Below the pieces are notes generated by a model. The model worked only from the letters and a program-made list of their open reading frames with translations. It had not been told where the DNA came from and ran no database searches. This document shows, piece by piece, positions 28,754 through 39,412 of a stretch of DNA of 56,583 nt. The translations under genes and the position numbers were made by a program. The stretch comes from a virus (lineage: Duplodnaviria > Caudoviricetes), in the IMG/VR virus record IMGVR_UViG_3300036790_000306, positions 1 through 56,583 of that record. One strand, 5' to 3'. How positions within the stretch are numbered: position 1 is the stretch's first letter; the number at the start of each line of letters is the position of its first letter.

Positions 28754-31700
28754 ATGCCACTCACAGTCTTCGACGCCGTCGGCAAATTCTCAGCCGACAC
28801 CAGCGATCTCGACCAATTCATCGTCAAGCTCGAACAGGGTCTGAGCAATGCCTCCGAAAAAGCGGCGGCGGCGACGCAGGCGCTTAAAGCCGCGCAAGAC
28901 GAATTCCGTACCTCAATCCGTGCGGTTTCGGCCGCCGGCGGCGATACCACCGAAAATCTGACGAAACTGGCGGACGCCGAAAAGAACCTCACCCTCGCTG
29001 CAGAGGCCTCTCGGCGAGAACATGCCTCACTCAAGAAAGAATTGACCGACACGGGCTCCGCTGGCAAGCAGATGGAGTATTCCTTCCGCGAGGCGCGCGG
29101 CTCGATCGCCCTAGTCGGCGAGCAACTCGGTGTTCACATCCCGCGCGAGTTGAGCATGCTGCTTGCTCACATCCCCTTGGTTGGCGCGGCATTCTCAGCG
29201 ATGCTCCCTCTTGTCGGTGTGGTTGCCGCGATCGGCATAATTGCCAGCCTGATCGAAAAACACGAGAAACTCGTCGAGGCCCAGCGCCATGCCACGGAAG
29301 CCTCAGAGTCTTTGCAGATTAAGCAGGCTGATCTTGCGCTCGGGCTGCACGCAGCCAATCTTCAACTTGAAGATCAGATTGCGAAGCTCGAAGGGCGCCC
29401 AGAGACGAACAAACTTCAGATTGCCATGATCGCTGTCAAAAAGGCAGTTGATGAACTCGCAACCACCTATGCCACCGATTTCTCGAAGATGGATGCGGAA
29501 CTCGAAAAGCAGCAAGGGATCTGGCAGCAACTGGAGGATGACGCAAAGGGGATGCTCGCTGAACTATTCCCCGAAGCCGTTTTCGCAGGACTAATTAAGG
29601 ACCAGCAGGAACAGGTCGCTGGAAATTACGCTATCCAGGAATCCCTCAAGCAGGTCATCGGATGGCAAGAGAAGCTCAACATCGCGCGGCGCAAGCTGGC
29701 CGATATTGACCCTGCCAAGGATCTTGATTCCTGGAAAACCGCGGCCGGCGTGGTGGCGACCCTCGCCGGAAATGTGCAGTCTGCCGCCGATGCCGCTCAT
29801 GCGGCTGTGAAAAAGGTAAAACCCGACGCCACCGAACTCCTGGCTGCACTGACCGACAAAGCCATCACGGCCAGAGGCGAATGGTCCGCGATGGCCGAGA
29901 AGCTGAAATCGGTCGGCCTAGAAATCAAGAAAGTTCATCAGGAGATGGCGAACGATGCGGCCGAGCGCGCCGCCAAACTCGCGGAACAGGCACTCAGCAA
30001 ACAAATCGAAGATATCAAAACTTGGGAGGAGGCTCAGCGTCGTGCTTCGCAAACAGCCGCTCACGGCGCGGCGATGTGGGCCGTGGCGCAGATTCAGGCC
30101 GCCGACGCTGCTGCGATTGCTCACGAGGATTACCTGAGACGTCTCGTGCAGATTTACACCAAGGCCGGCGATGCGGAGAAAGAACAGGAAGCGCAGGCCA
30201 AGCTCGATGTTCTCGTAAAGACCAACCAAAACGCCGCTCTTAAAGCGCTCGACGAAGAAATTCAGAAACACCAGCAGGCCATGCGTAAAGTTCGCGATGA
30301 ATATAACAATCTCATCGCGGCGAACGTAGATAAGGAATGGGAGAAAACGCAGCGAGCCGTCGAGGGTCTGACGCACGCCGAAGAGGAACTCTCGAAGGTC
30401 GAAACAAAGGCGGCGGAAACTCAGCTCGCGGCAAAGTATCGCGACCAGGAGTCGGCCATTCAGAAACTCGCCCAGATGCGGCTTATCACCGAGCAGCAGA
30501 TGTATGACCGCCTGACCCTTCTCGCGCGTCAACAGGCGAACGATGAGGAGGAAATCCTCGAAAAGCAACTTGCAAAGCAGCAGGCCGATTTGCAGACCGC
30601 GCAAGCCAAGCTCGCGGCTGAGAAGAACAGCCCCTTTGTCAGCCAGGCGCAGATCGTCGAGACCGAAACCAACCTGACGAAGATCAAGGCGGCCGTCGTC
30701 GCGACGCAAAGCCAGATTACCCAGGCGGAAGATAGATATCGCAAGCAAACCGAAGCCGACGATAAGAGCCATTATGGGCGAGCGCTCAATCTCGCCACGG
30801 CGTACGGCAATGAACTTCTGGCCGAGCAGCTCCGCGAGAATCATGCGTTGCTATTGACTGCACAGTTGAATCTCAACGATGCGAAGGCCCGCGGTCAGGA
30901 CACGACGGCTATTCAGCAGCAGGTTAATGGCTTTAAACAGAATGAGCAGGCGCTCACGAAAGAGGCTCAGGGCCGTAAGATCGTCGCCGGCGATTTGCAA
31001 AAGGAGACACAACTCCTTCTGCTGGCAGCGCAGGCTCAATTGGCGGACGCGAAGAACCGCGGCCTGGATAGTGTCGCCATTGAAAAGCAAATTGTGGATC
31101 TCCAGAAATTACTTAATCTGCTTCAGAAACAGCCCACTGAGATGAAAAACGCAACCGGCGCGATGGCCGGCTTCAGGATGGCATGGCAAGATCTCGGGGC
31201 AACGATGAAGAATGTCCAGAACGAAATGTCCCAAGCATATGCATCCGCGATCATGGGCGCACTACAAAGTGGCAAGTCCCTCGGGGCAGCGTTAGAGCAA
31301 GCCACCAAACAAGTGCTGGAAAATCTCGCAACTCAGGCCCTCGCAAAATCTATCTTCTACACAGCGCAGGGAATCGCGGATTCGATCTGGAATCCAGCGT
31401 GGGCATCCATGGATTTTGCGGCAGCAGCGGAGTTTGCCGTAGTGGCAGGCATGGCTGGGGCGGTGGGTCTCGCGATGCCCGGCGGCGGCAGCGGCAGCGG
31501 ATCTGGAGCAGGCGGTCCTGTTGCCGGCCAGGGCGGTGGGAACGTGCAACTCGGTAGCGGCAGCGGCAGCCAGCAAAATCAGGGAATCACGCATCTCGCC
31601 GGCGGAGGCATAGTCACCCACCAGATCATGGTCGGAGACAGCGACTCCGGTGGAGATGCAAACGAAGCTGTAGTGCCACTTGAGAATCCCTCCGCACTCG

Positions 31701-32107
31701 ATGCGATCAGCGCCGCGTTCATGCCATCACTGGCCCGGGCTCTGGCCGCGCCGGCAAATCAGGACCGGACTTATCCCACGATCCCAACCAGCCTTCTTGC
31801 ACCTTCCACGATGAGCGCGGCCGCATCAGCCATGATGTCCCCTTCCGCGGCCGGACCGGCGCCGACCTTTCCGGAGGCGTCGCCCTCGGATACCGACGAC
31901 CGCATGGAGAAGTTCGCTGATCACCTCGAGTCCCGGCTATCTTCGAGCGGCAGCGGAGACGTTCACATTCACATGCCGAACCTAAAAGGCGTGGTCTCGC
32001 CGGAGTCCATCAAGAAGGTGTTCAAGCAGGCGGGGCGCATGGTGCAGAACCGGCAGCTCACCATCAATGCGACGAACTCGCTACGTGTGACGCGAAGGTC
32101 GCAGTAA
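28754..32107 (+). CDS. Tape measure protein
   Basis: 1117-aa Ala/Gln-rich helical protein; LAGGGIV...GD...EAVVPL C-terminal motif. Confidence 0.92.
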   Translation: MPLTVFDAVGKFSADTSDLDQFIVKLEQGLSNASEKAAAATQALKAAQDEFRTSIRAVSAAGGDTTENLTKLADAEKNLTLAAEASRREHASLKKELTDTGSAGKQMEYSFREARGSIALVGEQLGVHIPRELSMLLAHIPLVGAAFSAMLPLVGVVAAIGIIASLIEKHEKLVEAQRHATEASESLQIKQADLALGLHAANLQLEDQIAKLEGRPETNKLQIAMIAVKKAVDELATTYATDFSKMDAELEKQQGIWQQLEDDAKGMLAELFPEAVFAGLIKDQQEQVAGNYAIQESLKQVIGWQEKLNIARRKLADIDPAKDLDSWKTAAGVVATLAGNVQSAADAAHAAVKKVKPDATELLAALTDKAITARGEWSAMAEKLKSVGLEIKKVHQEMANDAAERAAKLAEQALSKQIEDIKTWEEAQRRASQTAAHGAAMWAVAQIQAADAAAIAHEDYLRRLVQIYTKAGDAEKEQEAQAKLDVLVKTNQNAALKALDEEIQKHQQAMRKVRDEYNNLIAANVDKEWEKTQRAVEGLTHAEEELSKVETKAAETQLAAKYRDQESAIQKLAQMRLITEQQMYDRLTLLARQQANDEEEILEKQLAKQQADLQTAQAKLAAEKNSPFVSQAQIVETETNLTKIKAAVVATQSQITQAEDRYRKQTEADDKSHYGRALNLATAYGNELLAEQLRENHALLLTAQLNLNDAKARGQDTTAIQQQVNGFKQNEQALTKEAQGRKIVAGDLQKETQLLLLAAQAQLADAKNRGLDSVAIEKQIVDLQKLLNLLQKQPTEMKNATGAMAGFRMAWQDLGATMKNVQNEMSQAYASAIMGALQSGKSLGAALEQATKQVLENLATQALAKSIFYTAQGIADSIWNPAWASMDFAAAAEFAVVAGMAGAVGLAMPGGGSGSGSGAGGPVAGQGGGNVQLGSGSGSQQNQGITHLAGGGIVTHQIMVGDSDSGGDANEAVVPLENPSALDAISAAFMPSLARALAAPANQDRTYPTIPTSLLAPSTMSAAASAMMSPSAAGPAPTFPEASPSDTDDRMEKFADHLESRLSSSGSGDVHIHMPNLKGVVSPESIKKVFKQAGRMVQNRQLTINATNSLRVTRRSQ

Positions 32108-32112
32108 ACGCA

Positions 32113-32661
32113 TCACGGGCTTTTAACCGATTCGTCGATTAAAACCCGACACCCTCCATCGTCGATATAGTAGGTGTTTCCAACTTGGCTATCAGGATGC
32201 TTCCCGAACAACACCTCCTCCGCCATGACGCGACAGGCTGCCTTCGCATCTGCCCATTGCTTCATGATTGTGTTCCCGTGAGCGTTGTTTTCCGCCATTC
32301 CTGAGAGATATACGTGGCTAGTTAGCTTCACATTTTTTAAGAGACGCCACGTTGCTACATCCCCGACAAGACTAGAGTCGCTCAGCTCTATACCAACATC
32401 GCGCTCTAATGGTTGAAAGTGTTCATCCCAGGAATCGAGGATCGAGTTGCAAGTCAGTTGCTCATCTTTGCTCATAAATCCATGGCATTGCTTCATTGAC
32501 TCATCGATCAAAGCTAAGTACAGCACGCCGATCTTCCGCATATATTTCGAGACAGGCCACTTTGGTAATTCAGGAGTTTTCGCCTTTTTCGAGCGGGGAT
32601 CCGTTTGTGCTATCGCGGAAAGCGTTAGCAGAATTACGAGAACGGCTCTTGATCTTTTCAT
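32113..32661 (-). CDS. Secreted moron protein (antisense)
   Basis: MKRSRAVLVILLTLSAIA|Q; own promoter TTGCCG-17-TAGAAT; lower GC. Confidence 0.7.
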   Translation of the reverse strand: MKRSRAVLVILLTLSAIAQTDPRSKKAKTPELPKWPVSKYMRKIGVLYLALIDESMKQCHGFMSKDEQLTCNSILDSWDEHFQPLERDVGIELSDSSLVGDVATWRLLKNVKLTSHVYLSGMAENNAHGNTIMKQWADAKAACRVMAEEVLFGKHPDSQVGNTYYIDDGGCRVLIDESVKSP

Positions 32662-32770
32662 CGCGAGGCATTCTAGCCTGCTGGGTGGTTCTCGGCAATA
32701 GCCAAATCTTTGCACCACTTATGCAGCACTTAGTAACCGCAGATCTCGCGCGCAGATCGCAATAAAAGCC

Positions 32771-33838
32771 ATGGGCTACCAGACAGTAGAAACCTTCGAC
32801 CACTACAACACCGCATTCCTTGGATCGATGTTTGATTCCGTGAACGGCTCGCCGCTCGTCTCGTCGAGCTACGCGCGCTTCCCGGCCATTGGCGGATTTC
32901 CGAATCAAGGCGTCTTCGTGCCCAGCGGATCCGCGCTGCGCAGGAATCTGAAATCCAACGCCGCAACCCTGATTGCCTTCATGACCTTCGGAGTCCCTAG
33001 CCTTCCAGGTTCTCCCCAGGTCATCCTTCCCTTCTGGGATGCTGGCACGATGCAGTGTTTCCTTGGTCTCACCGCGACCGGCGCTTTACAGTTTTTTACG
33101 CAGGTCCCAACCTTTGCGCCAATCGCGATCGGTCCGTCGAGCTCCTTCGGACTCATCACGGCATCCAGCAAAGCTGTTCATGGAATCGAAGTGCAAGTCA
33201 CCTTTTCAGCGAGCGGCGGATCGGTCGAATGCTATCTCAATGGAGCTCTCGTGATCACGCTCACCGGCGGCTTGAACACGATCAAGAGCGCGAATTCCTT
33301 CGCCAACCAGATCGGCATCAATGCGCCGCCGGGAGCGGGTTATAACAACGGCCTCAGTATCTATTGCGATTACCTGCGGGTCTGGGATACGACCGGCAGC
33401 TACCAGAATGCGCTGGTCGGCTTCGACGTCCGGAAGCTCACGAAGCTGGCGGCCGGCGCCGGCGACCTCACCCAATGGACGCCAAACGGAGCTACCTTCA
33501 ACTGGCAATGCACGAATGAAGCCTCGCCCGATGGCGACACGACTTACGTCTCTTCGACGAGCACGAATTACGACTCCTACGCGATGGGAACATCGGGGTT
33601 CAGCGGAGTTCCGTCGATGACCGTCGTAAAAAGCATCGCCCGCAAGGATGACGGAGCGACGAGGACCTTGCAGATCGGCGTCCGGTCGAGTTCGACGAAC
33701 GGGCTCGGCTCGGCGTTCACGATGAGTTCCGCTTTTGCCGTCCTCGACACCTGCATCTCGGTCGATCCGGCAACTGGCTCGCCGCCCACAGCGGCCGCTG
33801 CCGACGCTTTCCAGCACCTGAAGTTCGAAGCTTCCTAA
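32771..33838 (+). CDS. Minor tail protein, beta-sandwich/lectin-like
   Basis: Follows TMP; ETFDHY, YCDYL.VWD, NE..PDGDTTYV. Confidence 0.65.
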   Translation: MGYQTVETFDHYNTAFLGSMFDSVNGSPLVSSSYARFPAIGGFPNQGVFVPSGSALRRNLKSNAATLIAFMTFGVPSLPGSPQVILPFWDAGTMQCFLGLTATGALQFFTQVPTFAPIAIGPSSSFGLITASSKAVHGIEVQVTFSASGGSVECYLNGALVITLTGGLNTIKSANSFANQIGINAPPGAGYNNGLSIYCDYLRVWDTTGSYQNALVGFDVRKLTKLAAGAGDLTQWTPNGATFNWQCTNEASPDGDTTYVSSTSTNYDSYAMGTSGFSGVPSMTVVKSIARKDDGATRTLQIGVRSSSTNGLGSAFTMSSAFAVLDTCISVDPATGSPPTAAAADAFQHLKFEAS

Positions 33839-33839
33839 A

Positions 33840-34469
33840 ATGGCGATCCGCGACACACAAGATGTACTAATCACCGAGCAGCAGTGGACCTCGGGAACAC
33901 TGCGCGTCACGCAGGACGCCCTGTTCGTCGAGTTCCAGAGCACAAACGGGAATCTTAGGGTCACGCAGGACGCGCTGCTCATCGAGTTCAAGACTGCAAA
34001 CGCCAAGCTTCGCGTCACCCAGGACGCGATGATCTACGAATATCCCTTCATCAATGCGATGTTCGTTTACCAGGCGCCGGGCGCCAGCGTATTGACCGGT
34101 TTTACTCCCGTCTTTCCGCCGGTGAAGCGTCAACCGCTCGCCCTGTGGGGCCTCGAGGCGGTCCGTCACGATTCGTTAACGACCGATGGAATCAAGCGCT
34201 CAGTGTTGGAGCGGATCGACAACGTCACGACGCTGACCTTTCCTTACGTCGCGGAAAGCGATATGGCGGCCTGGAAAGCTTTCGAGGAGTATGCGGTCGG
34301 CGGAGGAACCTTCGCCTATCGGCCGAACGCGAACGACTGGGCCACCAACCCATGGGACAACACGGGATTTTCGACCTTCAAGCTGATCGACATGGACTGG
34401 AAGCCGAAGTTTGAAGCGCCGTTAGCGTTTTCGCTCGAGATGAAACTGAAGCTCGTAAAGGACATGTGA
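33840..34469 (+). CDS. Tail-tip (Dit-like) protein with N-terminal 18-aa repeats
   Basis: Four (LRV)TQD repeats; C-domain paralogous to 34728-35153. Confidence 0.6.
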   Translation: MAIRDTQDVLITEQQWTSGTLRVTQDALFVEFQSTNGNLRVTQDALLIEFKTANAKLRVTQDAMIYEYPFINAMFVYQAPGASVLTGFTPVFPPVKRQPLALWGLEAVRHDSLTTDGIKRSVLERIDNVTTLTFPYVAESDMAAWKAFEEYAVGGGTFAYRPNANDWATNPWDNTGFSTFKLIDMDWKPKFEAPLAFSLEMKLKLVKDM

Positions 34470-34487
34470 GCCGATTCGCGCGCAGCT

Positions 34488-34673
34488 TCATGAAGTGCTC
34501 ATCTTTTTTTTCGATGCCGGGATGAACTCTTTTCCGCATTTCGGACACAGGAATCGGTTGCGGTCGAGCAAAAGCAGGCCGGGGGTGCCGGAACGCATCT
34601 TCTCGCCGCACTCCGTACAGACGATGAAAAGCGAGTTCTTAATAGCAGCTAGATTGACCCTGTCGCGCGGCAT
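34488..34673 (-). CDS. Small zinc-ribbon moron (antisense)
   Basis: CTECG...CPKCG. Confidence 0.6.
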   Translation of the reverse strand: MPRDRVNLAAIKNSLFIVCTECGEKMRSGTPGLLLLDRNRFLCPKCGKEFIPASKKKMSTS

Positions 34674-34727
34674 CAGGCAGCCATTCTCGCAGGAATCCTG
34701 TGTGATCCGTCAAGCCGTCCACCTTCA

Positions 34728-35153
34728 ATGACTGTTCCCTACATTCAGTGCATGTTCATCTATCCGGCCGGGAGCCCGGTGGCGAACGTGCAGTTCACGC
34801 CCACGCTTCCGCCGACCGGCAAACAGCCGCTCGACGGCCTAGCCGCGACGCGCCACGACTCGATCACCAGCTCCGGGATTAAGCAGGCGGTGCTCGAGCG
34901 CATCGATGACATGATGACGCTGACTTTTACAATGGTCCCGCAAAGCGACCTGCCGGCGTGGAAGACGTTCATGCTGTACGCGCTCGCCGGCGGCATATTC
35001 GCGTACCGGCCGAATGCAACCGACAACACGAACTGGAATGACTACACGATTGAGTCGCAGGACTGGACGCCGAAGTTTATCGCGCCAGGTTATTTCAGTT
35101 TCGAGTTTCAGTGCCGGATGCTCGTAGGATCTCCGCAGGTGTCAGGAAGCTGA
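34728..35153 (+). CDS. Tail-tip (Dit-like) protein, paralogue of 33840-34469
   Basis: Shared RHDS.T..GIK..VLERID...AWK.F..YA..GG.FAYRPNA.D. Confidence 0.6.
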   Translation: MTVPYIQCMFIYPAGSPVANVQFTPTLPPTGKQPLDGLAATRHDSITSSGIKQAVLERIDDMMTLTFTMVPQSDLPAWKTFMLYALAGGIFAYRPNATDNTNWNDYTIESQDWTPKFIAPGYFSFEFQCRMLVGSPQVSGS

Positions 35154-35257
35154 TGGATCCGAAGTTAGCGCATTTTCGTCAACGAAGACGCATGGCCCGC
35201 GAAGCACGTCGCGCTCGAAAATTGGGACAGAACGTTTTTGAATACAGGATGCGGCAA

Positions 35258-35554
35258 CTATCGAGGCGGCTTGGAGAAGGCCAAGAGCTTCGACTCGGGA
35301 GAGACGGTTACCAGCTTCCCTCCTCTATTTGAGCAGTTATGGTCCGCACAGCCGTCGCACATGTAATAGCCGCGATGATCGCGCTCGTGATAAACGATCG
35401 TGGTTGCTGGACTCCCACAGGCGATGTATCGGGAGCGGCTAAATATTGAAGCTTCTTGGCACATGGAGCCCGCGGGAATCTCGATAAGTGGGATCTCGCC
35501 GGCAGTGGGGATTGTCATCTTCGGTCGAAAATCAGCCACTAATTTGTCGGCCAT
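35258..35554 (-). CDS. Small Cys/His moron protein (antisense)
   Basis: C..CG.PA...YYMCDGCADH; promoter TTGACG-17-TAGGAT. Confidence 0.65.
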   Translation of the reverse strand: MADKLVADFRPKMTIPTAGEIPLIEIPAGSMCQEASIFSRSRYIACGSPATTIVYHERDHRGYYMCDGCADHNCSNRGGKLVTVSPESKLLAFSKPPR

Positions 35555-35572
35555 AGTGCCCAACATCCTAGC

Positions 35573-36964
35573 ATGATCGCCGCCACCGTCAATTTCCAGA
35601 CAGCGCTTGCCGCATACACGTCGGGCAAGATCATCGTGCAGGTCGCGATCGCCGGCTATTCGCGCGTCTTCACGAACTACGATGACGGCCTTTCGGGGCA
35701 CTATCGCTGGATCGTCTCGGTCGACGATCTCGATCTCACCGTGCAGGACCTCGACGGCGGAGCCGACCAGCGCACCGGCGGCGTCACTGTGCAGGATGTG
35801 GGCGGAGCGATCACTGGAGATTTCCCCGGCTTCATTTTCGAAGGCAAGCAACTCACGATTCAGATCGGCTTCCCCGGGCTCGCGCAGGGAGACTTCTGCA
35901 CAGTCTTCACGGGTTTCATAGATACGGTCAGCTCCGCCAACGCCAACTCGGAATACTACATTCAGTTTTCCGACGCACAGGTGCAGCTCGCGGCCGTCGT
36001 CTTTCAAACCGGCGACGATGGCAGTCCCACATCTTCGACGAACGTGCGCACCGTGAGTGGGCATCCGCTCGACATGTTGCTCGAGATCTGCCGGGAACTG
36101 AATGTGCCGGCCGACACGACGACGATCGAAGCCTACCGCGATGGTCCTTTCGCGGGCACGATCTTCACGTTCTTTCTGACGCAGGCGCCGGCGGCCGCAG
36201 ACTTCATCAAAGCGCAGCTCATGAAACCCCTGGGCGGCTACATGTGGATCAACGCCGCGGGCTTGCTCACGGTGCGGTTCTTCTATCCGCTCGCCGGTCC
36301 GGTCGCGATCGGTTCCTTCGGCCCATCGAATTGGGAGGGCATCCCTGAAGCCGGGCAGACCGACATGGTCAACACCGTGCAGATCCAGTTCGATCTCGAC
36401 GATGCGACAGCGAACAGTAATTCTAGCGGCAACTATCTCTCGTCGGTCACGGAAGAGTACAACCCCAGCTATCTGCTCTACGGCAATCTTTCGAGCGAGA
36501 TGACGATAAATGCCGACGGCCTGCGCTCGGCCTTTCAGGGTTTCTTCATCGCGGGCCTGACGGCGATTCTGATCTTCATGCGCTACGGCTTCAAGAATCT
36601 CACTTTCGACAGCCAAAGCTCCGGAGGAACAAACCCCGATTCAATCTGGAACACACTGCTCTATGAGCCTGGCGATATCGTTTCCGTGACCCATCCGCAA
36701 GTGCCCGATCGCAAAGCGGGCGTGATCGGCATCACGAACAAGCTTTTCGAGATCCTCAACAAGACGATCAAATTCACGGAAGGCAAACTCGCCTACACCA
36801 TGATCGATGCGAGTTACCTGAATAATTTTGGCCTCTATAAGATCACTCCGCCGGGCGAGCCTCTTTACGTCGCCGACTCCAGCGCTAATAAGGCTCAGTA
36901 CATGTACTTCTGCGGATCCAACGGCGAGTATTCGAACGGAGACGCGGGGCACACTCTTGGCTAA
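35573..36964 (+). CDS. Tail hub/tip protein
   Basis: VFTG.I, GHPLD.LL, EPGDIV.VT pattern; position. Confidence 0.7.
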   Translation: MIAATVNFQTALAAYTSGKIIVQVAIAGYSRVFTNYDDGLSGHYRWIVSVDDLDLTVQDLDGGADQRTGGVTVQDVGGAITGDFPGFIFEGKQLTIQIGFPGLAQGDFCTVFTGFIDTVSSANANSEYYIQFSDAQVQLAAVVFQTGDDGSPTSSTNVRTVSGHPLDMLLEICRELNVPADTTTIEAYRDGPFAGTIFTFFLTQAPAAADFIKAQLMKPLGGYMWINAAGLLTVRFFYPLAGPVAIGSFGPSNWEGIPEAGQTDMVNTVQIQFDLDDATANSNSSGNYLSSVTEEYNPSYLLYGNLSSEMTINADGLRSAFQGFFIAGLTAILIFMRYGFKNLTFDSQSSGGTNPDSIWNTLLYEPGDIVSVTHPQVPDRKAGVIGITNKLFEILNKTIKFTEGKLAYTMIDASYLNNFGLYKITPPGEPLYVADSSANKAQYMYFCGSNGEYSNGDAGHTLG

Positions 36965-37132
36965 CAGTCCTATGGCACGCGTGATCCTCATCTCGGTAGA
37001 GGTGGAAGTTGCGGCAGAGGTTGAAAATCTGGTGACTCTTCGGACCGAGTATCTGCTGCGCATCGCCGTGCGAACCGAAGACCGAATAATTCTGCGCGAG
37101 AGCTTCGCGATCGTTTCCGAGCAAGACTACTA

Positions 37133-39412
37133 ATGTCTCAACCACCCTTCATTCAGAAAATTGACGGCTCGAATGCGAACGCCAACTCCCTGACCCTAAC
37201 TCCGTCCGCAACGACCGGCACCGCCCCCGGAGAATTGCTTCTCGTCGGCGTTATTCTGAACACGAACGGATCGCAGTCTCCCCAGCAAGTTGCCGGCATC
37301 ATCGACAGCCAGGGCACGCCAAGCGTTGGCTCTCCGGCCGTGTCCACAGGCGTTCCCGTCAATAACTGGGTCTTCCTCGGCAGCGCGAATAACAATGGCA
37401 TGCGCATGGAATGGTGGGCTTGCAAAGGCCCGCAGCCGATCACCTTCCTCACCATCAATCTCACGGGTCTTCAGTCGATCATCGCCTTCATGCTCGAATA
37501 TTCCGGCGCCGGCGGCGTGAACTTCCCGAGCTTCCAGGCTCTTCAAACAAACCAGAACACGATCGCCACGCAGTTCATCGTCGAGACCGCCGCCGTCAAT
37601 CCCAACTCGGGCTCGGAGCTGATGATTGGACTGTTTTCCGCGCTTGGGGATACGTTCAACGCGAGCCCGCCAACGCCGGCGAGTTCTCCGCAGACAGTCC
37701 GGTCGACCAATTCCCTTTCGATCCCGCCGGCGCTCTCTTACCAGGTGATCGAGCAAGGAACTCCAGCGAGCGTCGGCTCTTTCACTGGAGGCGGCGAAAC
37801 GGTCGCGCTGGCCGTTGGCGCGCTGAATATCACGGCGGAGAGCGCGACGCAGCTCGCCACGCCTACCAACGTCTCCGAGAGCACGATTCAGTGTTTCTAC
37901 CTGATGATCTCGGGTGGCCTGATCCTGAACACGCCGCCGGGATTTTCAGATCAACCGGACGCATCGCTCGCCGACGGCAAGTACGCGCTCGGAGGGCAGC
38001 TGGCAAAGATCTCCTCGAATGCCGCGCTCGGTATGTGCCGCATGGAGGTATTCTCGGGACTTTTCCAAAACGGACAGAACGCCTCCGGGCCGTGGATCTC
38101 GCCCGTCGACGGCTACACCTACCAGGCGAACGAACTGCTTTACATCTGGGGAATCTGGTCGACCGCGAATCCCTCGAGCGGCTGGGTGTCGGGAATGGCG
38201 CTCTGGTACTGCAACTGGAATGTCGACCAGGAAACCGGCGACGTGACCTGCGAGGAGTGGTACGGATCGGACGCGCAGAAGTGGACCTCGAACGATGGCA
38301 CGCTCCAGGTCTTCGTCATCGCGCAGCGCCAGAAGAACACTCTCACGGTTTCAGAAACTCCGGTCTGGGCGCAGCAGCAGGCGTCGGGCTTCGTTACCGA
38401 TCTTGCCTATTCCACCGACCTCTTGACCGCGATGAACCGCAACTCGAAGTTCGCGGTGATCGGCCAGGAGTGCATCTTCATGGGCGCATTCCACAACGGC
38501 CAGACCGTCCCGCGGCCGGTGAGTCCCGCCGATGACTATGAATATGCCTATTCGGAGGCGAAATTCACTTTCTCCTGGATGTTTACCACGGAGACGGATA
38601 ACGGCGAACAAGAAGTCACGCCGCTGACGTGGGATACCCCGGGATACAACCTGGCAACGCTTGGCGCCTCAATCAATGCCTCGAGTGGGGTCGTGAGTTG
38701 CGGGGTTGGCTTAGGTGGTTACGCGGGACAGGGCAACACGGGACTCCTCACCGGCTACGGCATGATCGCCGTTTTCGCCTTCTGCCAGCGCTCGCGCACG
38801 GGCGCCCCTTCGCCGGCGGCAAACTCGTTCGCGGAAATCAATAACGACATTTTCTATCCGGGAGCCACTCTCCCGGCCGGCATCGGTGCGCAGATCGTCA
38901 ACAACATCAATGAGGCGGCTTGCAGCCCTGAATTTTTTGGCCCGACTCTCTATGAGTTTGGAGCAACCATCCCGACTCCGGTCTCTCCGATCGACGGCTA
39001 TGTGTATCAGCGCTCGGAGCTGGCCTACATCTGGGAGTGGGGAGAAATGGTCGCCTATCCCTCCTGGCCGCCTCCAACCTCAGCCAATCAGCGCACAGCC
39101 CTATTCTCCGCGCAGGTCAATCAGGAAACGGGAGTCGTCGAAAACACGATTAGCGTGGTGGGCTCGAACACGCTGTACACCTCGGTCGTCTGGAGGCTTG
39201 CGCCTGGCGGCCCATACATTCCCTACACGGCGCCAGGAAGCGGCGGAGGCGGCGGATCGGGCACCGTCGCCGCGATCAGCGTGATCGTGGTCGGCATGCG
39301 CAGCGCGCAGCAATCCGAAGTCTCAGGGACGGGATCGACTTCCCCCAGCGGTTCGGCTTCGGAGATCTCCGACCAGACACCCTCGGGTCAATTTTTGGTG
39401 AACGGAATTTAG
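37133..39412 (+). CDS. Tail-tip/central fibre protein with three internal repeats
   Basis: SPVDGYTY / SPADDYEY / SPIDGYVY repeats. Confidence 0.65.
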   Translation: MSQPPFIQKIDGSNANANSLTLTPSATTGTAPGELLLVGVILNTNGSQSPQQVAGIIDSQGTPSVGSPAVSTGVPVNNWVFLGSANNNGMRMEWWACKGPQPITFLTINLTGLQSIIAFMLEYSGAGGVNFPSFQALQTNQNTIATQFIVETAAVNPNSGSELMIGLFSALGDTFNASPPTPASSPQTVRSTNSLSIPPALSYQVIEQGTPASVGSFTGGGETVALAVGALNITAESATQLATPTNVSESTIQCFYLMISGGLILNTPPGFSDQPDASLADGKYALGGQLAKISSNAALGMCRMEVFSGLFQNGQNASGPWISPVDGYTYQANELLYIWGIWSTANPSSGWVSGMALWYCNWNVDQETGDVTCEEWYGSDAQKWTSNDGTLQVFVIAQRQKNTLTVSETPVWAQQQASGFVTDLAYSTDLLTAMNRNSKFAVIGQECIFMGAFHNGQTVPRPVSPADDYEYAYSEAKFTFSWMFTTETDNGEQEVTPLTWDTPGYNLATLGASINASSGVVSCGVGLGGYAGQGNTGLLTGYGMIAVFAFCQRSRTGAPSPAANSFAEINNDIFYPGATLPAGIGAQIVNNINEAACSPEFFGPTLYEFGATIPTPVSPIDGYVYQRSELAYIWEWGEMVAYPSWPPPTSANQRTALFSAQVNQETGVVENTISVVGSNTLYTSVVWRLAPGGPYIPYTAPGSGGGGGSGTVAAISVIVVGMRSAQQSEVSGTGSTSPSGSASEISDQTPSGQFLVNGI

